Of a DNA stretch of 62,310 bases, positions 58,337 to 62,310 are shown in pieces (positions within the stretch are counted from its first letter, which is position 1; the number at the start of each line of letters is the position of its first letter). The notes beneath the pieces are model-generated. The model worked only from the letters and a program-made list of their open reading frames with translations, ran no database searches and had not been told where the DNA came from. Source of the stretch: Thermofilaceae archaeon (GTDB lineage Archaea; Thermoproteota; Thermoprotei; Thermofilales; Thermofilaceae); contig JAVYWK010000011.1 of assembly GCA_038727095.1 (NCBI GenBank), forward strand, positions 1-62,310, written 5' to 3'. A program made the translations under genes and the position numbers.

Positions 58337-60187
58337 ATGAGGTTTCACAAGGTAATCGTCGCTGAAAAACCCGGTGTTGCTCGAGCCTTCGCGGTCTACT
58401 TAGCCGAAAGTCGACCATCAATAACGGAAATCTCCGGGGCCCGCGTTTACACGTTCAGGCGGGATGACCGTATTTGGGCTTCGATAGGCATACGCGGCCA
58501 CCTGATGGACTTCGATTTCCCACCCGAGTACAACAAATGGCACAGCGTGGATCCTCTCGTGCTGTTCAAGCTGAAACCGGCTATGACGCTCAGAGAGGGA
58601 ATGCTGAAGTACGTTAAAGCTCTGCAGCAGCTGGCTAAGCAGACGACCACCGTGGTTCTAGCCCTCGACGCGGACACCGAGGGAGAGGCCATAGCCTTCG
58701 AGGTCATGGAGGTGATGAGAAGAGCTAACCCGAGCTTGCGGTTTGAGAGGGCTTGGTTTGCTGCTGTTACGAGGGAGGATCTCCTCAACGCGATTGTGCA
58801 ACCCCGCCAACCCAACCCCCGCTGGGCCAACAAGGTTTTCGCGCGCATGGTGCTGGACCTAACGATCGGAGCAGCCTTCACGCGCCTACTGACGTTAACC
58901 GTTGAGAAGCGGAACGGTGGCCTCCCCCGTGGACGTTTCATAAGTTACGGGCCGTGCCAGACGCCGGTGCTCTACCTTGTTGTCAAGCGGGCGATCGAAA
59001 GGGAGCAATTCAAAAAGAAGAAGTACTATCAGATCGTCGCTGCCGTTAAGATTTCAGAACATAAGCTTAGAGTGAAGAGCGAGAGGAAGTTCGATAGTAG
59101 AGAGGAGGCTCAGGCAGCGGCTTCTCAACTCCTTAAGAACCCGATAGGGGTCGTAGTGGAAGCCGCGTACAAGGAGAGGGTAATCGAGCCTCCCGAGCCC
59201 CTAGCCACGGTAGAGATGGAGCGAAGGGCTAGTAGGTTCCTGAACATTCGCCCCAAGCGCGCGATGGACATAGCTGAAGACCTCTACCAGGAGGGGTTAA
59301 TCTCCTACCCGCGCACTGACACCACGATATATCCTCCAACCCTCAACCTTCGGGCCATAGCTTCGATGTTCACGGCTCACGAAGATCTGGGACCCTTTGT
59401 ACGCAGCGTGATTCTCTCAAAACCCACGCTTAGAGTGAGGCAGGGTAAGGAAGATGATGGCGCGCACCCACCCATCTATCCGCTCCGGTACGTTAAGCGA
59501 GAGGAGGTGGTAAAGCGCTTCGGCGAAGAGGGGTTTAAGCTCTACGACCTGGTCGTTAGGCACTTCCTAGCCACCCTTAGCCCACCAATGAGGATTGAAG
59601 AGCAGTTCATCGCGGTCGAAGTGGGCGGCTTAAAACTGACGGCTGAGGGCTTAAGGATCCTTGACCCGGGCTACACCGTAGTGTACCCCTTCGAAAGACC
59701 TCACGAAACCGTTCTCCCGCACCTTGAGAGGGGGGTTCGAGTTGATCTCATCGAAGCGAAGATCGCCGAGCTGGAGACTAAACCACCCCCCTACTTGAGC
59801 GAAGCTGAGCTTCTTCGACTGATGAAGCGCTACGGTATTGGTACCGATGCAACGATGCAGGAGCACATACACACGAACATCGAGAGGAAGTACTTCGAGG
59901 TTGTAAGAAAGCAATGCATACCCACCCCACTCGGTAAAGCGCTAATCCTCGCGCTATCTGAGGTCGCGCCTGAAACTGTGCTGCCAGAGGTACGCGGTAG
60001 AATGGAGGCTGAGCTCAGTAGGATAGCTGAAGGTGCAGCCGACCCTGATCAAGTCATCGAAAGCGTGAAAGCGGAGTTCATGAAGCACTTCATAAAACTG
60101 AGGGAAGCTGAGCACAAGATAACCCCTATACTAATGCAGGGGGTGACCGCTGTCTACGGCTCACGCTCAAAGTCGAAGGGAAGCTAA
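58337..60187 (+). CDS. topA: type IA DNA topoisomerase (topoisomerase III)
   Basis: TOPRIM AEKP, GHL, D.D.EGE.I, SYGPCQTP.L, GLISYPRTD (catalytic Tyr), AHPPIYP, GIGT.AT. No C-terminal Zn fingers. Confidence 0.95.
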   Translation: MRFHKVIVAEKPGVARAFAVYLAESRPSITEISGARVYTFRRDDRIWASIGIRGHLMDFDFPPEYNKWHSVDPLVLFKLKPAMTLREGMLKYVKALQQLAKQTTTVVLALDADTEGEAIAFEVMEVMRRANPSLRFERAWFAAVTREDLLNAIVQPRQPNPRWANKVFARMVLDLTIGAAFTRLLTLTVEKRNGGLPRGRFISYGPCQTPVLYLVVKRAIEREQFKKKKYYQIVAAVKISEHKLRVKSERKFDSREEAQAAASQLLKNPIGVVVEAAYKERVIEPPEPLATVEMERRASRFLNIRPKRAMDIAEDLYQEGLISYPRTDTTIYPPTLNLRAIASMFTAHEDLGPFVRSVILSKPTLRVRQGKEDDGAHPPIYPLRYVKREEVVKRFGEEGFKLYDLVVRHFLATLSPPMRIEEQFIAVEVGGLKLTAEGLRILDPGYTVVYPFERPHETVLPHLERGVRVDLIEAKIAELETKPPPYLSEAELLRLMKRYGIGTDATMQEHIHTNIERKYFEVVRKQCIPTPLGKALILALSEVAPETVLPEVRGRMEAELSRIAEGAADPDQVIESVKAEFMKHFIKLREAEHKITPILMQGVTAVYGSRSKSKGS

Positions 60188-60724
60188 AATCTCGATAAAC
60201 CTCGCAAGGGAGACGCCGCTCACTTCGAGTGCCTCGAGAACTCCTTTACCCGCGGCTACATTGGCTAGCGCAACGCGCTCGCGGGGATCCCTGTACACGC
60301 CCCTCGCTAAGGCTTCCCGAGATGCTGTTGCAGCTGTCTTTGTCAACCACTCCTTTGAAACTGGCTTCTCCAATCTCTCCAGCACTTCAAACTCGATCAC
60401 TGTGACCCAGTCGTCCTCCTTCACGAATGGGTAGATACGGCGGAGGTCGCGAAGCATCTCGTGGTAGCTCGAGAAGCCGTCCATGCTGGCCAACGACTCA
60501 CTCCTCAGCTCGCGGAAGCGGAGATGCTTGAAGCCCTTAATGCGGGCCCTAGCGTATATCAAGCCCCGACACTCTATGAAAACGTGGCGTCCTGTTGGCT
60601 TCACCAAACCCCAGCGAATAGTGATCGTCTTGCCATTCGCGAAAACCCTCTCTAGGTACACTTTCTTGAAGGATAAACTTTCGTTAAGTTGCCTGACCAC
60701 CGTCGGCATCGCTGTCGCGCTCAA
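60167..60724 (-). CDS. ASCH-domain protein with helical C-terminal extension
   Basis: L.F...Y...V..G.K.TIR.G, DGF.S...L...L..IYP and VT.IEF ASCH motifs. Confidence 0.82.
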   Translation of the reverse strand: MSATAMPTVVRQLNESLSFKKVYLERVFANGKTITIRWGLVKPTGRHVFIECRGLIYARARIKGFKHLRFRELRSESLASMDGFSSYHEMLRDLRRIYPFVKEDDWVTVIEFEVLERLEKPVSKEWLTKTAATASREALARGVYRDPRERVALANVAAGKGVLEALEVSGVSLARFIEILASLRL

Positions 60725-60747
60725 ACACTCACGGTCTAATGGTTTAA

Positions 60748-61740
60748 ATGTTCTACCCGCACTTTACCAGCGTGAGTATCGTCGTTGCGCATGGGGACCT
60801 AGATGGGCTGACATCAGCGGCCGTCGTAATGGCTGCTCTTAGGAGGAAAGGAGAGAAGGTGAGCCTGGAGATCGCTCAACCTTACACGCTCGCCAGAACG
60901 TTGCTCAAGTTGAGCGCTGTGAAGCCTCGCATGATAGTGATCGTGGACTTGGGCGTGGATAACGCAACATGGCCCACGCTTGAGAGCGCTGTAAAGGCTC
61001 TAGTGGAGCAGAAATGCAGGATCCTGTGGATCGACCACCACCCCACTACAGTCAAGCGCGCTTTTGAGCTGACAACACTCGGCGTCTCGCTGCTGTACAC
61101 GAGCAACGGTAGTACTTCAACGATCGCGAGGGAAGCATTTGCAGACGCGACGGACGACCCAGCCTTCTACTCCAAACTGGCAAAGCTCGGCGAGATCGGC
61201 GACGGTGTCGCTGAAGGCGACGCGGAGCTGGCAGTGTTAGCTGACTCGCTCTCCGCCGCCCTGAGCGCGCCATCGGTGAAGGACGAGTACAAGAAGGCTA
61301 TCGTTAATATGTGGGTGAAGGAGAAGAGGCTCGTCAACGACGATGTAGCGCTGCTAGCCGAGGAATCAGAGAAGATCCTAGCTGAAAAACTCAAGAAGGT
61401 TAACGAAAATATTGTTCTTGAAACCAAGAGAGGTTTAGTGATCGACGCGAGGAACATGAAGCTTGCAGGTCTCGCCGGCCGCCTCGCCACCAGCATAGCC
61501 CAAGCAAAACGCAAGGTAACAGTACTACTCTTCGCACCCAGCGAGCAGAGCGTCGTCGCAACATGTAGAGTCCCACGCGACCTCGACTTTGACGCGCTCA
61601 AAGAGCTCGTTCCCGCGGCTGTCGAGCACGGTGGAGGGGGAGGAGGGCATCCTAAAGCTGCCGCGCTACGCGTACCAGCCGCTGCGGGTGATGCATTACT
61701 GCAGAGGATCTGCGAGATAATTAGAAGAGAGCTTGATTGA
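60748..61740 (+). CDS. DHH-family phosphoesterase (DHH plus DHHA1)
   Basis: HGDLDG, IVDLG, WIDHH and GGGH..AA motifs intact. Confidence 0.9.
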   Translation: MFYPHFTSVSIVVAHGDLDGLTSAAVVMAALRRKGEKVSLEIAQPYTLARTLLKLSAVKPRMIVIVDLGVDNATWPTLESAVKALVEQKCRILWIDHHPTTVKRAFELTTLGVSLLYTSNGSTSTIAREAFADATDDPAFYSKLAKLGEIGDGVAEGDAELAVLADSLSAALSAPSVKDEYKKAIVNMWVKEKRLVNDDVALLAEESEKILAEKLKKVNENIVLETKRGLVIDARNMKLAGLAGRLATSIAQAKRKVTVLLFAPSEQSVVATCRVPRDLDFDALKELVPAAVEHGGGGGGHPKAAALRVPAAAGDALLQRICEIIRRELD

Positions 61741-61872
61741 CTATTAAGTTTAAATAATCTAACTGAATTATAAGCAATTCAATATCAAACACGTTACTCG
61801 GAAAACCCTGCCGAGCCAGAGTACTGCACAAGGTGGGCTGAAACACTAGTGGATTGGACTCGGGTTTTGAAG

Positions 61873-61991
61873 TGGTGCCGGGGCCGGGATTTGAACCCGG
61901 GTTCTCCGGGCGGGGCTTCCGCTAACCGGATATCCTATCCCGGGCCCGGATTATGAGTCCGGCGCCCTCGACCAGGCTAGGCGACCCCGGC
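61873..61991 (-). tRNA. tRNA-Met(CAU), elongator type, two 20-nt introns (37/38 at 61932-61951; 45/46 at 61904-61923)
   Basis: GCCGGGG/CCCCGGC acceptor, CCGGA-CT-CAT-A anticodon arm, CCGGGTTCAAATCCCGG, ACCA. Removing both introns gives a 79-nt cloverleaf. Confidence 0.88.
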
Positions 61992-62151
61992 TAGGGAGAG
62001 AAGTTGCACAGGCCCACTTAAACTCTTCGCTAGCCTAGAAAACGGCGCGTAGGAGCACTCATAGCCAAACACCAGACGAATACGGCAGCGTACAGATAGC
62101 AGCTGGAAGGCGCGAAAGCCTTAAAGCGTTCCCAGCAGGAATCCCTTGCGA

Positions 62152-62248
62152 GCGGCCGTAGTCTAGTCTGGTAGGACGCCGGCCTGCCACGCCGGAGAGC
62201 GGAGATACCGCACGGAGGACCCGGGTTCGAATCCCGGCGGCCGCACCA
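62152..62248 (+). tRNA. tRNA-Gly(GCC) with a 20-nt intron at 45/46 (62198-62217)
   Basis: GCGGCCG acceptor, CCGGC-CT-GCC-AC-GCCGG, BHB-like intron in the variable loop, GGGTTCGAATCCC, ACCA. Mature length 77 nt. Confidence 0.93.
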
Positions 62249-62310
62249 TCGGTTTGTCTTAGCCATAGAGCTTAAGCAGCTGCCCTATTCGTTCGCCCAC
62301 GACTGGAAAA

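Noticed and set aside
61873-61991. tRNA-Ile2(CAU) or initiator identity, or one 40-nt intron
   Set aside because: The G1-C72 GCCGGGG acceptor fits elongator Met rather than initiator (A1-U72). Two 20-nt BHB-type introns fit better, and one matches the tRNA-Gly intron.
1062-62266. Many ORF-track entries antisense to or nested in recognised genes (e.g. 17544-18062, 21911-22357, 58447-58941, 62030-62266)
   Set aside because: Shadow frames of well-supported genes or tRNAs, with no motifs.
1-62310. CRISPR arrays, IS elements, integrases, proviruses, defence systems
   Set aside because: I saw no regularly spaced repeats, no transposase or integrase motifs, and no duplicated tRNA 3' ends. The content is core housekeeping.

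Overview
A densely packed archaeal core-genome window. Gene content (Alba, eS26, eL13, eS1, PINA, ABCE1, archaeal MAT, topoisomerase III) and tRNA introns at 45/46 suggest Thermoproteota, probably a Thermofilaceae-like organism; this is inferred, not searched. It holds a fragmented ribosomal-protein superoperon, translation and RNA-processing genes, the eL15-Rpp30-Pop5-proteasome alpha cluster, an ECF module and three tRNA genes (Leu-UAG, Met-CAU with two introns, Gly-GCC with one). Reading outside the ORF track added two box C/D sRNAs, a DUF1610 zinc finger, a 58-aa C4C4 RING-like protein and a possible 35-aa basic ORF. I found no CRISPR array, transposase, integrase or recognisable defence system. 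The main leads are four. (1) A biotin-dependent carboxyltransferase operon has neither a biotin carboxylase nor a Na+-pump beta subunit, but has a PxpC/KipA-like protein ending in a copy of the biotin carrier's N-terminal hairpin. (2) The conserved eL15 C-terminal tail appears to have moved onto eL13. (3) Two neighbouring tRNAs carry homologous 20-nt introns at 45/46. (4) One C/D sRNA has two guides matching the 23S H69-H71 region. Family calls rest on motif recognition from memory, and no database searches were run.
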